From: Candidatus Falkowbacteria bacterium
GTDB lineage: Bacteria > Patescibacteriota > Patescibacteriia > JACRDY01
Assembly: GCA_016218485.1 (NCBI GenBank)
Contig: JACRDY010000062.1
Span: 1 to 53,893 of the forward strand
Length of the DNA stretch: 53,893 nt
Direction of reading: 5' to 3'
The notes beneath the pieces are model-generated. The model ran no database searches. It was not told where the DNA came from and saw nothing but the letters and a program-made list of their open reading frames with translations. Shown here piece by piece: positions 20,826 through 29,484 of this stretch. Numbering within the stretch: the stretch's first letter is position 1; the number at the start of each line of letters is the position of its first letter. The translations under genes were made by a program, and so were the position numbers.

Positions 20826-21269
20826 TTACCAATCACGACAACAGGCGACGATTCGCTCAAATGTCTGGCGCAGACGCGTACTGTCACGGTAATAGTAGAG
20901 CCCCGTCGTCAGGAGCCAGACCGCGGCCAGTACCGCCAACGGCCAGAACCACAACCGCACCAGACCCAATGCGGCATAGGCCAGCACGGTCAGACTAAGC
21001 AGAAACGGCAAGCGCCAAATCTGCCAGTCTGCGGGCAGACGTTTCTCAGCCAGATAGTACAGGCCAACCACGCTCTGCCCCATCAGTACCGCGATCAGTT
21101 CACGGTAAGGAAACAAACCGAGCCAATACGCTCCGAGTAAGCCGAGCCACGTCGCGCTGACGCTGACACAGAGCACACAAAATTTCCAGCGGCTGAACTG
21201 TTTAACGAACAGTAACAGCACGAACAGCGCCACGATAGCCACGATGATTATCAGCACTGGGTTTGTCAT
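20826..21269 (-). CDS. Membrane protein (CVLC motif, C-terminal CC)
   Basis: Multi-TM; start overlaps the stop of the upstream gene. Confidence 0.75.
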   Translation of the reverse strand: MTNPVLIIIVAIVALFVLLLFVKQFSRWKFCVLCVSVSATWLGLLGAYWLGLFPYRELIAVLMGQSVVGLYYLAEKRLPADWQIWRLPFLLSLTVLAYAALGLVRLWFWPLAVLAAVWLLTTGLYYYRDSTRLRQTFERIVACCRDW

Positions 21270-21805
21270 ATGATCACGAGTTCAATGAACGCCGCTAAGA
21301 CTAAGAGTACGATAAAGGTCAGGATTATACCCTGCCACGACCAACGTTTCCCCTGGCGCCAGCGGCTGACCGCACTACTGAGGTATGGACTCAGTACCAT
21401 CACCAACGCGCCCAAGAGACTGCCCACTACGAAGTGATCTACCAGATACGTCCGGTTAAAGAACGAACCATAGTCGCCGAACCAGAAAAGCGAAATGGAA
21501 CCATACTGCGAGAGAATAATCCGCAATGGCCAGACGGTCAGGATGAATGACGCGCCGGCCAGCCACCATTTTTGGTAAGGAATGATCTGCCGTTTGATCA
21601 AACGATCAAACCACAGTCCCATCGCCACTGCAAACGCGCCAATCATCAGGCCAACGGAGACGCTGCTAATCCCGAAATAGAGAGCGAGCAGCGCCGCCGC
21701 TCCGGCTCCGGCCGTACAGAGCGGACAGTGCGCGCTGGACACCTGGGGTACCAGCAGTCCACCGACGATCAGCAGCGCACTGAATGTGAATATTCTGTTC
21801 TTCAT
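21266..21805 (-). CDS. Membrane protein with an AHCPLC motif
   Basis: Signal-like N-terminus, then HCPLC; multi-TM. Confidence 0.75.
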   Translation of the reverse strand: MKNRIFTFSALLIVGGLLVPQVSSAHCPLCTAGAGAAALLALYFGISSVSVGLMIGAFAVAMGLWFDRLIKRQIIPYQKWWLAGASFILTVWPLRIILSQYGSISLFWFGDYGSFFNRTYLVDHFVVGSLLGALVMVLSPYLSSAVSRWRQGKRWSWQGIILTFIVLLVLAAFIELVII

Positions 21806-21807
21806 AA

Positions 21808-22299
21808 TTACAATTCCATGAAGACCTGGCTGGAACCATCTTTGGCGATACTGTAGATGGTGAAAACATCGGTCTTTTGCCCCGGCATTCCAGGCGAACC
21901 GGCGGGCATACCGGCGAGCGCGATACCCAGAATATCCGGTTTTTCAGTCAGCAGTTTATCAATCGCTTCAATCGGTACGTGTCCTTCCACGACATAATCA
22001 CCAATGACGCTGGTGTGACAGCTGGATAAACCGGCCGGGATACTATACTCCGCCTTCACCGTGTTGATATCATCCACGTTCTTGATCTCTATATCATACT
22101 TTTTAGACTTCAAGTAGCCAACATAATTACCGCAGCAGCCACAGGTTGGCGACTTGTAGAGCACTACTTTCATGGCAGCGTTTGCCTGATTGCCGTCTGC
22201 CGGCGGGCCGCCCAAGCCGTTGGCCAGCGCCCAGCCGGCGAAGACGACAAACAGCAGGAGGAGAACTCCCCACCACCATTTTTTAGAGGTAACTGACAT
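21808..22299 (-). CDS. DUF411 (CopG-like) metal-binding protein
   Basis: YKSPTCGCC…SCHT…YVVEGHVP…GMPAGSPGM. Confidence 0.9.
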   Translation of the reverse strand: MSVTSKKWWWGVLLLLFVVFAGWALANGLGGPPADGNQANAAMKVVLYKSPTCGCCGNYVGYLKSKKYDIEIKNVDDINTVKAEYSIPAGLSSCHTSVIGDYVVEGHVPIEAIDKLLTEKPDILGIALAGMPAGSPGMPGQKTDVFTIYSIAKDGSSQVFMEL

Positions 22300-22312
22300 A
22301 TGAATATACCTA

Positions 22313-22891
22313 TTATTTAACTTGACAGTCTCTGGAGCGGCTGAGGTGACCGGCTGACCAATACAAGCTCAAGCAGAGCAGCGCCACACTCACGGCGCTG
22401 AATTCCAGACCGGCCAACGGCAGCCACCCGATGAGGACGGTCGCCGCCCCAATGCCAAACAGAGCTGACAGAATGACCGAACCGCAGGAGGCACAGCCAA
22501 TACCGACGAGACTGAATAAAACGCCGATCACGCTGCCGCCCGCGCCTGCCACCAGAAACAGCCTTTGCCTGATTTGATAGACTAGAGACGCTCCATTCAA
22601 ACCGACTAAGACTGCAATCACGACAGCCAACACGAGAGAGGGACGTGTCAATTGATCAATACCAGCCAGCGCTATCGCGCCGGTCAGTTGTAATTTCTGC
22701 ACACCAGAGAAAAAACCAGAAGTCCAGATAAAACCGAGAAAACTTCTCTGCGACAGGAGCATAACTCCTGAAGCAAACAGCAGCGCCCCCACTGTCGTCA
22801 CCACCATCAACGATGGCGTCACGAGGAGCTGTCGGATAAAGCGCAGCCGCAGAGCGATGTGATGTTTGATGATGAACCAGTAGCTAAGCAT
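22313..22891 (-). CDS. Membrane protein with a GCASCG motif
   Basis: Multi-TM, intramembrane CxxC, C-terminal Cys. Confidence 0.75.
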   Translation of the reverse strand: MLSYWFIIKHHIALRLRFIRQLLVTPSLMVVTTVGALLFASGVMLLSQRSFLGFIWTSGFFSGVQKLQLTGAIALAGIDQLTRPSLVLAVVIAVLVGLNGASLVYQIRQRLFLVAGAGGSVIGVLFSLVGIGCASCGSVILSALFGIGAATVLIGWLPLAGLEFSAVSVALLCLSLYWSAGHLSRSRDCQVK

Positions 22892-22960
22892 CCTGATACT
22901 TTTTTATGTATAAGATACTTAAAAAGACCTGCCGCATACGGCCAAGGCCTGACCGTGCTC

Positions 22961-23341
22961 CTAAAAAATTTTTGGGTGCAATATACCCTGAGAAAATAAA
23001 CTGGCGAGATTATTAAAAACCGTCAATTGTCCAAAATGATCACGAATGCTCCGAATATAATACAACGCCCGGTCCACCCACCACCCTCGTGACAAAACCA
23101 CCAAGAGCATCAGCACGAGCAAGCAGAGCATGAACAGCACAAACGAACTCGTCATCGCCGGCATCATGACCGCAGTACTCAAACAAATCGTACCCCTATG
23201 AGCGCTGGCAGCGCCGCAGTGAGCGCTACTCATAGCCGGCGTTGGGCTAAAAAAAATGCTCTGCCAGGCAGCGGCACAGCAAAAAGCAAAAGAAACAATC
23301 AAGATAACGGCTAATAGATTACGGCTTTTGAGAGCTAGCAT
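22961..23341 (-). CDS. Small membrane protein heading the Cys-rich cluster, ending …LFSQGILHPKIF
   Basis: Two hydrophobic segments with His/Cys/Met between them; ATG at 23341 chosen. Confidence 0.6.
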   Translation of the reverse strand: MLALKSRNLLAVILIVSFAFCCAAAWQSIFFSPTPAMSSAHCGAASAHRGTICLSTAVMMPAMTSSFVLFMLCLLVLMLLVVLSRGWWVDRALYYIRSIRDHFGQLTVFNNLASLFSQGILHPKIF

Positions 23342-23449
23342 AGGGATACTGACAGTATGCCGCAAAAAATTAAAAAAGTCAAAGATTTCCCAACACTCAA
23401 TACTTTAATCCCCACAAATTACTCATTTCAATCAATGGAGTAGCTGATT

Positions 23450-23552
23450 AAAGAGAAATTGGAAATTGGAAATTAAAAACACGGCTTTTGGTCGTTAACC
23501 AGGGTTTTAAAACCCTGGTTAACGGACAATTTCTAATTTCCAATTTCTCTTT
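23450..23552. repeat. Mirror-microsatellite element, unit AAATTGG, with a nested palindrome
   Basis: Perfect 18-bp IR AAAGAGAAATTGGAAATT (23450-23467 / 23535-23552). Confidence 0.88.
23493..23524. repeat. 32-bp perfect palindrome with core GGGTTTTAAAACCC
   Basis: CGTTAACCAGGGTTTTAAAACCCTGGTTAACG. Confidence 0.85.
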
Positions 23553-23699
23553 ATCTATCCCCTTAATCAGGGTACATTATAGATGCCCAGAAATCAATTT
23601 CCCCCTTATTCATTGCTGCTTCCCGCGCACTATTGGAAAGGCAAAACTCACCATCAGACGGGAATTTTGCTGTCACCACTATAATTATTCCGTACAAAA

Positions 23700-23771
23700 T
23701 TGGGCCGGCAGGATTCGAACCCGCGAATGCCGGGACCAAAACCCGGTGCCTTACCACTTGGCTACGGCCCA
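23700..23771 (-). tRNA. tRNA-Gln(TTG)
   Basis: TGGGCCGTAGCCAAGTGGTAAGGCA-CCGGG TT TTG GT CCCGG…GGTTCGAATCC. Confidence 0.95.
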
Positions 23772-23852
23772 ATACTATGCGGGATAAAAAAGTTGCGCAG
23801 CGCCATTCTACGAAGTTTTAGATGAAAAGTCAATTAAAACGTCTTGAGAAGA

Positions 23853-24043
23853 AAGATAGTTAAATTGTCACATTGCTAAATTGCCACATTGCTATATTGT
23901 TAAATTGTCAAATGGCTACATTACCAAATAGTTATATTGCCATACTGTTACCGGCGCTACTCAATGATGCAACAATATAACCATATAACAATATGACGAT
24001 GTAGCAATGTGGCAATTTAGCAATGTAGCCATACAACCATCTT
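23853..24043. repeat. Long mirror-microsatellite element, 8-mer ACATTGCT/AGCAATGT
   Basis: About 12 units left and about 9 right; perfect 25-bp IR 23870-23894 / 24002-24026. Confidence 0.9.
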
Positions 24044-24046
24044 CAC

Positions 24047-24958
24047 CTAAACTTTCAAATACTTCCGCGTCGCCACCATGCTGGAAACTATGTTGACGAG
24101 CATAATCACCACCAATTCTGTCAGGAAAATCATGAAAAAACGAGCAGTAAAATAATCGGTCAGATTAAAACTATCAGCGCCAAAAAATCCCGCCACATAC
24201 GGCTGGACGAACGCCAGTAACGGATAAACTATGACAATAGTGATGAGACAGGCCGCCAGCGCATAAAAGACGCTCTCCAGGATAAACGGCAGACTGACAA
24301 ACCAATTAGTGGCGCCGACCAGCTTCTCAATACCAATCTCCTCACGGTGGGTGTAGATAGCCACCCGGATGGTATTAAAGACAATCAACGCCGAAATGAG
24401 TATAAAAAAGATAATGAAAACAAAGGCGATTTTTTCGCCGGTGTCGGTCCAGCCCGACACTTTACTGATCATCGTCTGCCGGTTGTAGTAATCACGGCTG
24501 GCGACCAGCGGCGTAATTTCCGGCTTATCCAGCGCTGACAGAATAGTGGCATAGCTGTCCAAATTCCGTGCCTTCACGCGTAAGCTCGCCCCCAGCGGAT
24601 TGTCACTCAACTCACTGACGACATCCAGAATAGTCTGATTGGCGCTATGACGTTCTTTAAACCGAGCCAGCGCCTCATCGCGAGAGATATACTCAATATC
24701 CGCCACCTCCGGTAAACCGAGCAAATAGGTCTTGACGGTATTGATCTCTGCTGCCGTCACCGTCGGCTTAAAGTCCACGCTAATGTCCACTTTATTTTGA
24801 ATGGCGGTAATAGCCGTAGCGGTCACGGCGTGAAAAGCCACCAACACATTGATAGACACGAGCGTCAGAACCAAAATACTGATGGTCACGATGGATAACC
24901 AAATGTTACGGTAAAAATCCTGCAGGGAAAATTTGATGGTGCGAATGAGATAGGACAT
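24047..24958 (-). CDS. ftsX: Cell division permease FtsX
   Basis: YISRDEAL…NPL…NTIRVAIYTHREEI…KLVGATNWF…PFILE; downstream of ftsE. Confidence 0.92.
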   Translation of the reverse strand: MSYLIRTIKFSLQDFYRNIWLSIVTISILVLTLVSINVLVAFHAVTATAITAIQNKVDISVDFKPTVTAAEINTVKTYLLGLPEVADIEYISRDEALARFKERHSANQTILDVVSELSDNPLGASLRVKARNLDSYATILSALDKPEITPLVASRDYYNRQTMISKVSGWTDTGEKIAFVFIIFFILISALIVFNTIRVAIYTHREEIGIEKLVGATNWFVSLPFILESVFYALAACLITIVIVYPLLAFVQPYVAGFFGADSFNLTDYFTARFFMIFLTELVVIMLVNIVSSMVATRKYLKV

Positions 24959-24963
24959 AGGAG

Positions 24964-25041
24964 AGTTAGAAAGTTAAAAGTTATAAAGTTGAAAGTACGA
25001 GACTTAGAACTTTCAACTTTATAACTTTCAACTTTCAACTT
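24964..25041. repeat. Mirror-microsatellite element, unit AAAGTT(AT/G/A), between ftsE and ftsX
   Basis: Shares AAAGTTATAAAGTTGAAAGTACG with the element at 42976. Confidence 0.9.
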
Positions 25042-25720
25042 ATAGTACATACTTACCGCTCTTCTGATCGCCGACAACCTTACCCCCATCCATAGTCACC
25101 ACGCGCTTTTTGACATAATTAACCAAATCCTTGTCGTGGGTTACCAAGAGTACCGTCGTGCCGAACTCATTGATTTTCAACAATAAATCGGCAATTTCAC
25201 GAGAAGTAATGGTGTCTAGGTTACCCGTCGGCTCATCCGCCACCAGAATCTTCGGCCGGTGTACCAGCGAGCGCGCAATCGCCACCCGCTGCTGCTCGCC
25301 GCCGGACAGCTGCTTGGGGTAGCGGTGTTCCTTACCCTGCAAACCCACAATTTTAAGCACTTGAGATACTACGGCTTCAATCCGTTTACTGGTCGCGCCA
25401 CAGACTTCTAAGGCAAAGGCCACATTCTCATAGGCCGTTTTCTGGGGTAAGAGTTTAAAATCCTGGAAGACGACACCGATCTGCCGGCGCAAAAACGGCA
25501 CCTCGCTCGGTTTGATGTCAGTGATATCCCAGCCTCCCACCACGATCTCGCCGGCGTCTAAACGTTCTTCAGCAATCAGCAGCCGCACGAGCGTCGTCTT
25601 GCCGGTGCCGCTCTGCCCGACAATGGAACAAAACTCTTTCGGTTTGATGTGTAAGAGCACCCCATCAACCGCCTTGGTGTCTGGAGGGTAAACTTTGTGA
25701 ACATTTTTAAAATGAATCAT
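25040..25720 (-). CDS. ftsE: Cell division ATP-binding protein FtsE
   Basis: GQSGTGKT, LRRQIGVVFQDFKLL, LSGGEQQR; start MIHFKNV preferred because the upstream ATG lies inside a repeat. Confidence 0.93.
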   Translation of the reverse strand: MIHFKNVHKVYPPDTKAVDGVLLHIKPKEFCSIVGQSGTGKTTLVRLLIAEERLDAGEIVVGGWDITDIKPSEVPFLRRQIGVVFQDFKLLPQKTAYENVAFALEVCGATSKRIEAVVSQVLKIVGLQGKEHRYPKQLSGGEQQRVAIARSLVHRPKILVADEPTGNLDTITSREIADLLLKINEFGTTVLLVTHDKDLVNYVKKRVVTMDGGKVVGDQKSGKYVL

Positions 25721-25721
25721 A

Positions 25722-26013
25722 GATGGCGATGCTGACATTGCTACATTGAGATGGTTACAAAACTGTTTTTAAGCGAGACGCAGGACTTTTTGGCCAAGGC
25801 GAGGAAAACCAGTGAAATGATTTGAGGCGTAATATCATTACGGTGAAAATCATTTCGCGCTAGTTTGACGAAGCCTTGGACGAAAAGGACCAGTCGCAGC
25901 AAAAAGAGTTTTGTAACCATCTCATTGTTATTCAGAGCAACGAACAGTGCGGCAATTTGGCAATGTAGCAATTTAGCAATTTAACAATGTAGCAATGTAG
26001 CAATGTAACCATC
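25722..26013. repeat. Mirror-microsatellite element, 8-mer ACATTGCT, interrupted by a MITE
   Basis: 37-nt exact match 25936-25972 to 40628-40664. Confidence 0.85.
25748..25923. mobile_element. 176-bp MITE with a 17-bp TIR and ATT target duplication
   Basis: ATT[GAGATGGTTACAAAACT…AGTTTTGTAACCATCTC]ATT; imperfectly palindromic interior; the uninterrupted paralogous site is at about 40612-40640. Confidence 0.85.
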
Positions 26014-26018
26014 CCTTG

Positions 26019-26777
26019 TTATTTCACTGGTTCCACAATGACCGGCGCCACCCCCTCGCTCTTAACGGCAATTTTTTTGAAAGCCGTCACGTCAAGATCG
26101 ATCACTCGCTCGGGGTGTACGGCTCTGTCCGGCCCATAGTCATTGACCCGCACCACCACCGACCGCTGATCCAAGCTGTTCGTCACCCGCAGCAGCGTCC
26201 CCTTGGGATAATCAGGTGAGGCGGCGCAATCACAACCCTGATAGCGATACCATGACGCCGTACCTTCAGACATCACGGTGGCGGAACCGAGCACTAGGAA
26301 ACGGGCGTACGGTAAATGGAAATAAACGCGAATAATACGGTTCACCGGGTCAATCACCATACTTGGCAAGGTCTGCCAAGCAGTACCGTTCCAAAAAACG
26401 ACTGTTTTGAGGTTCACATTCGGCTGGTACTGCAGCTGGACAACGATCGGCTGCTGACCATCATAGGCAGCCTTGTTGACCACATCAAATTCCCAATAAT
26501 CACTCAAGGGCATCTGGTCGGCCGGCAACGGATGATCAACAATAGTCCGTTTCTTTAAAACAAATTCACTAGGCGCGGACAGCACCTTGGGGAAAATCCC
26601 CAAACGAAAGTCATTACTGGGCGAAGCGACGGTGTACCCCTTGGCAATCAATGATTGATTAAAGGGTATGGTATACGTATCCACTCCATCAACGGCCACG
26701 GCAGTATCCGCCCCGGCCCACTGCGGCCACAACAGGCCAAACAACACGCTGCCGCATAATATTGATTTTTTCATCAT
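26019..26777 (-). CDS. Secreted protein with a C-terminal RlpA-like (DPBB) domain
   Basis: GTASWY…GTLLRVTN…VVVRVNDYGP…RVIDL…AF. Confidence 0.85.
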   Translation of the reverse strand: MMKKSILCGSVLFGLLWPQWAGADTAVAVDGVDTYTIPFNQSLIAKGYTVASPSNDFRLGIFPKVLSAPSEFVLKKRTIVDHPLPADQMPLSDYWEFDVVNKAAYDGQQPIVVQLQYQPNVNLKTVVFWNGTAWQTLPSMVIDPVNRIIRVYFHLPYARFLVLGSATVMSEGTASWYRYQGCDCAASPDYPKGTLLRVTNSLDQRSVVVRVNDYGPDRAVHPERVIDLDVTAFKKIAVKSEGVAPVIVEPVK

Positions 26778-26790
26778 TCTTCTCTATAAT
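26762..26790 (+). promoter_or_regulatory. Promoter of the tRNA-Gly/Thr unit
   Basis: TTGATT-17 nt-TATAAT. Confidence 0.6.
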
Positions 26791-26804
26791 CGTAGTACTT
26801 TTGT

Positions 26805-26875
26805 GCGGGATTAGCACAGTGGCAGTGCGCTAGCTTCCCAAGCTAGACACGCGGGTTCGATTCCCGTATCCCGCT
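26805..26875 (+). tRNA. tRNA-Gly(CCC)
   Basis: GCGGGAT acceptor stem, CTAGC TT CCC AA GCTAG, GGTTCGATTCC. Confidence 0.93.
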
Positions 26876-26891
26876 ATTGAACGCCGTAACA

Positions 26892-26982
26892 GCGGGCTTG
26901 TCCCGCAGAGCCGAAGCGGAGCGAAGGCTTGTGCGGATTTCCCGAAGGGATCCCTTTGGGACGAATCCCGTCACCCGCTATT
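26892..26982 (+). pseudogene. tRNA-Gly-like remnant with the interior replaced by hairpins
   Basis: Begins GCGGG and ends CGAATCCCGTCACCCGCTATT (18/21 match to 26858-26878). Confidence 0.5.
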
Positions 26983-27003
26983 AACCCACCCGCCACGACC
27001 TAA

Positions 27004-27076
27004 GCCGATATAGCTCAACTGGTAGAGCAATCCCTTCGTAAGGGAGAGGTTGTCGGTTCAATTCCGACTATCGGCT
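27004..27076 (+). tRNA. tRNA-Thr(CGT)
   Basis: GCCGATA…TCCC TT CGT AA GGGA…GGTTCAATTCC…TATCGGCT. Confidence 0.92.
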
Positions 27077-27126
27077 AAGGTCATGGCAGGCATGCCCTGC
27101 TCCACCAAACAAGGTCACGCCGCTGG

Positions 27127-28167
27127 CTATTCAGTACCGGCGAATTTTACATACTTCTTCACCTGGTTACCATCTTTAGCCTTAGCCAAGTAGCTATTCA
27201 AATCAAATCCTTTAATGAGAATATGTTCAGCGCGCACCTCTTCCGGCTGCGCTCCGTCAGCTGACGGCTCTTTTTTCTCCAGCACTTTGATGATGTGGTA
27301 ACCGAAAATAGTTTTGACCAGCTGACTCGTTTCTCCCGGTGACAGCGCAAAAGCCGCTTGCTCAAACTCCGCCACCATGACTCCGCGGCCAAACCAGCCC
27401 AAATCCCCACCCTGGGCAGCAGTGGTGGTATCTTCGCTGTACTGCTTGGCCAAATCCTCAAAACTCTTGTCCCCCGCACTGACCGCCGCCAGTACCTCAT
27501 CGGCTTTCTTTTTAACATCAGCCTGGAGCGCATCATCAAACCCAATTGATTCAGACAATTTATTCACCAGCAGGTTATCACGCACCACCTTAGCTTTGAA
27601 CTGCTCAACACTCATACCGTACGCCGTGCTGATAGCGGTGGCGGCCTCGTCAGCGCTGGCAAAACTCGGCAGGACTTCTTTCTGCCAAGCGGTCTCCACC
27701 TCAATATCACTGACGACCAAGCCATAGGTACCGGCCAGATGATCAATCAAGGCTTTGTTAACCAGCTGACTGACGATATTAGCCCGCAATTCAGCATCCG
27801 ATGGCACATCAGCGGCGGATAGCGCCCCTTGAGCCACTCCGTTCGTATAGTAATGGACAATGATGGTGTAATCTTCGTGGAAAGCGCGGTAGCCGATCAG
27901 CTGGCCGTTGACTGAACCGATCGGCATATTGACCCACTGCGCCAGCCGATCCACCATGGGCGCGAGTACTGGCTGGGTATAAAACAAAATGGAAAAAATA
28001 ATTGCCAGCACAATAACCGCTCCTCCGACACCGAAAAGTATGCCCCACAAAAATTTCTTGCGGTTAAACCCCCCAGTTGGGGTAACTTCCGGACTGGTCA
28101 TTTCCTCATCCATATCTTGAGAAGGTACGAGCGCGGCAGACGATTGACGCTGATGCATAGTAAGCAT
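27127..28167 (-). CDS. Parvulin-type peptidyl-prolyl isomerase (PrsA/SurA-like)
   Basis: [11 protein letters not shown]…GGDLGWF…[10 protein letters not shown]…FGYHII. Confidence 0.9.
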   Translation of the reverse strand: MLTMHQRQSSAALVPSQDMDEEMTSPEVTPTGGFNRKKFLWGILFGVGGAVIVLAIIFSILFYTQPVLAPMVDRLAQWVNMPIGSVNGQLIGYRAFHEDYTIIVHYYTNGVAQGALSAADVPSDAELRANIVSQLVNKALIDHLAGTYGLVVSDIEVETAWQKEVLPSFASADEAATAISTAYGMSVEQFKAKVVRDNLLVNKLSESIGFDDALQADVKKKADEVLAAVSAGDKSFEDLAKQYSEDTTTAAQGGDLGWFGRGVMVAEFEQAAFALSPGETSQLVKTIFGYHIIKVLEKKEPSADGAQPEEVRAEHILIKGFDLNSYLAKAKDGNQVKKYVKFAGTE

Positions 28168-28200
28168 AACAATAGATTATTACTTAGTGGTTAATTTTTG

Positions 28201-28285
28201 TTCCAATATTTCATATTTCATGTTTCAAGTTTTTAAGTATTGCTCTTTAAATGGATAAGGGGAAACTTGAAACGTGAAACTTGGA
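28201..28285. repeat. Mirror-microsatellite element, unit TTTCA(TA/TG/AG)
   Basis: tttcatgtttcaagttt … aaacttgaaacgtgaaa (16/17 IR). Confidence 0.75.
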
Positions 28286-28306
28286 GCCCAGAAAGCTGCC
28301 GAGGGG

Positions 28307-28678
28307 CTAATGAAGGAAATAATACCACCATTTAGCCGGATTGGAAAGTTGCTCTGCCATTTCTCCATTGGCTGACGCGCCGCCTGATCCGTTCTGCGTG
28401 ATCACGACCACTGCCTCCCCCGGCTTCTTCAGGCCCAGCTTGAGCCGAGCCTCTGCTTCGGTAAAATTCTCGGTATCAAAATAGCCAATCATTTGCTGGA
28501 ATTCCTGATTCTTGCTCTCCAGACCATTGATATCCGTCTGGAGACTCTTGACCTGCTGTTCCAGGGCATAGCGCTGGGAGAACCCGCGGCCAAAGGCCGC
28601 TATGAGAAAAATCAAAACCGTGCCGCCGATCACCAGAAATAATTTTGAATGTAAGAGGCGAGACAAACGTAACGACAT
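28307..28678 (-). CDS. Septum formation initiator (FtsB/DivIC family)
   Basis: TM, coiled coil, EAEARLKLGLKKPGE. Confidence 0.88.
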   Translation of the reverse strand: MSLRLSRLLHSKLFLVIGGTVLIFLIAAFGRGFSQRYALEQQVKSLQTDINGLESKNQEFQQMIGYFDTENFTEAEARLKLGLKKPGEAVVVITQNGSGGASANGEMAEQLSNPAKWWYYFLH

Positions 28679-28718
28679 ATAGCCTAGTATAGCACAAAAT
28701 CAAGCGCCGCTGTACGGG

Positions 28719-28787
28719 CAGTGATTATCCGTGTTCTTCGTGCTCCCCCGATGGCCATCGGGCACGGATCAACACGGATAATTACTG
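28719..28787. repeat. Hairpin element of the ACACGGAT class with a central 16-bp palindrome
   Basis: CAGTGATTATCCGTGTT…CCCGATGGCCATCGGG…AACACGGATAATTACTG. Confidence 0.75.
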
Positions 28788-28803
28788 TTTCAACTCCTTA
28801 ATC

Positions 28804-29484
28804 TTACATATCCAAAAAATTCTCTATCTGCCGGCTGCGGTCCTGCGGCAGTGGTCGTTTGATGGCCACCTCGCGCACGACCCGATCAAACTGTTCAACG
28901 CCAAGCTGATCCCGCATGTCCGACAGCAGCTGCTTCAGATCATCAACGGTAGTAATCTGCTGTTCTGCTGCTCCTCGCCGTGTCGGCGTGACGCCATCAA
29001 GGAGCCGCGCCAGCTGCTGGCAAACTGCCGCCGGATGCTTGACACCCCGGATGATAATTTTGGTTTTGCCGGGCGCAATATAGTACTGAATACTGCCATA
29101 GCGGAAGAGTGACTGCAGCAGTCCCTGACGGCGGTAATTCAAGTCTTCAATTTTTTCCAATGCCGCTTCCGAAACCACCCGATCAAAGAATCCCCGCTGA
29201 TCAATATCAATGAAGCGCCGGTTGGTGGCCACCAGACAATTATACCGCCAGCTGATATACAGCTTGAGCGCGCAGAGGAGACCGACCAGGAGCAATAGGC
29301 TAAAAATCAACGGCCCCCAAGTTGGCCACTGGAATAACGGGTACAGTAGAAAGAACGGCAACAGGAAGAGCAACAGCACGAGGAGCAGCCGCCAAAAATA
29401 TACTAAAAGTGAACGACGAACCACGAGCGCTGCCCGCTCCCCCGCGACCAGATCGAGCTTACGAATGAGCCGACGATCAATCAT
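28804..29484 (-). CDS. Membrane protein with a bacterial PH-like domain
   Basis: 2 TM, TNRRFIDIDQRGFFDR…KIED…FRYGSI. Confidence 0.75.
   Translation of the reverse strand: MIDRRLIRKLDLVAGERAALVVRRSLLVYFWRLLLVLLLFLLPFFLLYPLFQWPTWGPLIFSLLLLVGLLCALKLYISWRYNCLVATNRRFIDIDQRGFFDRVVSEAALEKIEDLNYRRQGLLQSLFRYGSIQYYIAPGKTKIIIRGVKHPAAVCQQLARLLDGVTPTRRGAAEQQITTVDDLKQLLSDMRDQLGVEQFDRVVREVAIKRPLPQDRSRQIENFLDM

Noticed and set aside
23488..23821. Short ORFs overlapping tRNA-Gln and the palindrome
   Set aside because: Explained by the tRNA gene and repeats
23853..24043. Possible CRISPR array or iteron/telomere-like array
   Set aside because: Units are 7-9 nt, degenerate, have no unique spacers and are arranged as inverted arms; there are no cas or rep genes in the window
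25741..25971. 76-aa ORF
   Set aside because: Lies entirely within the MITE and repeat arms
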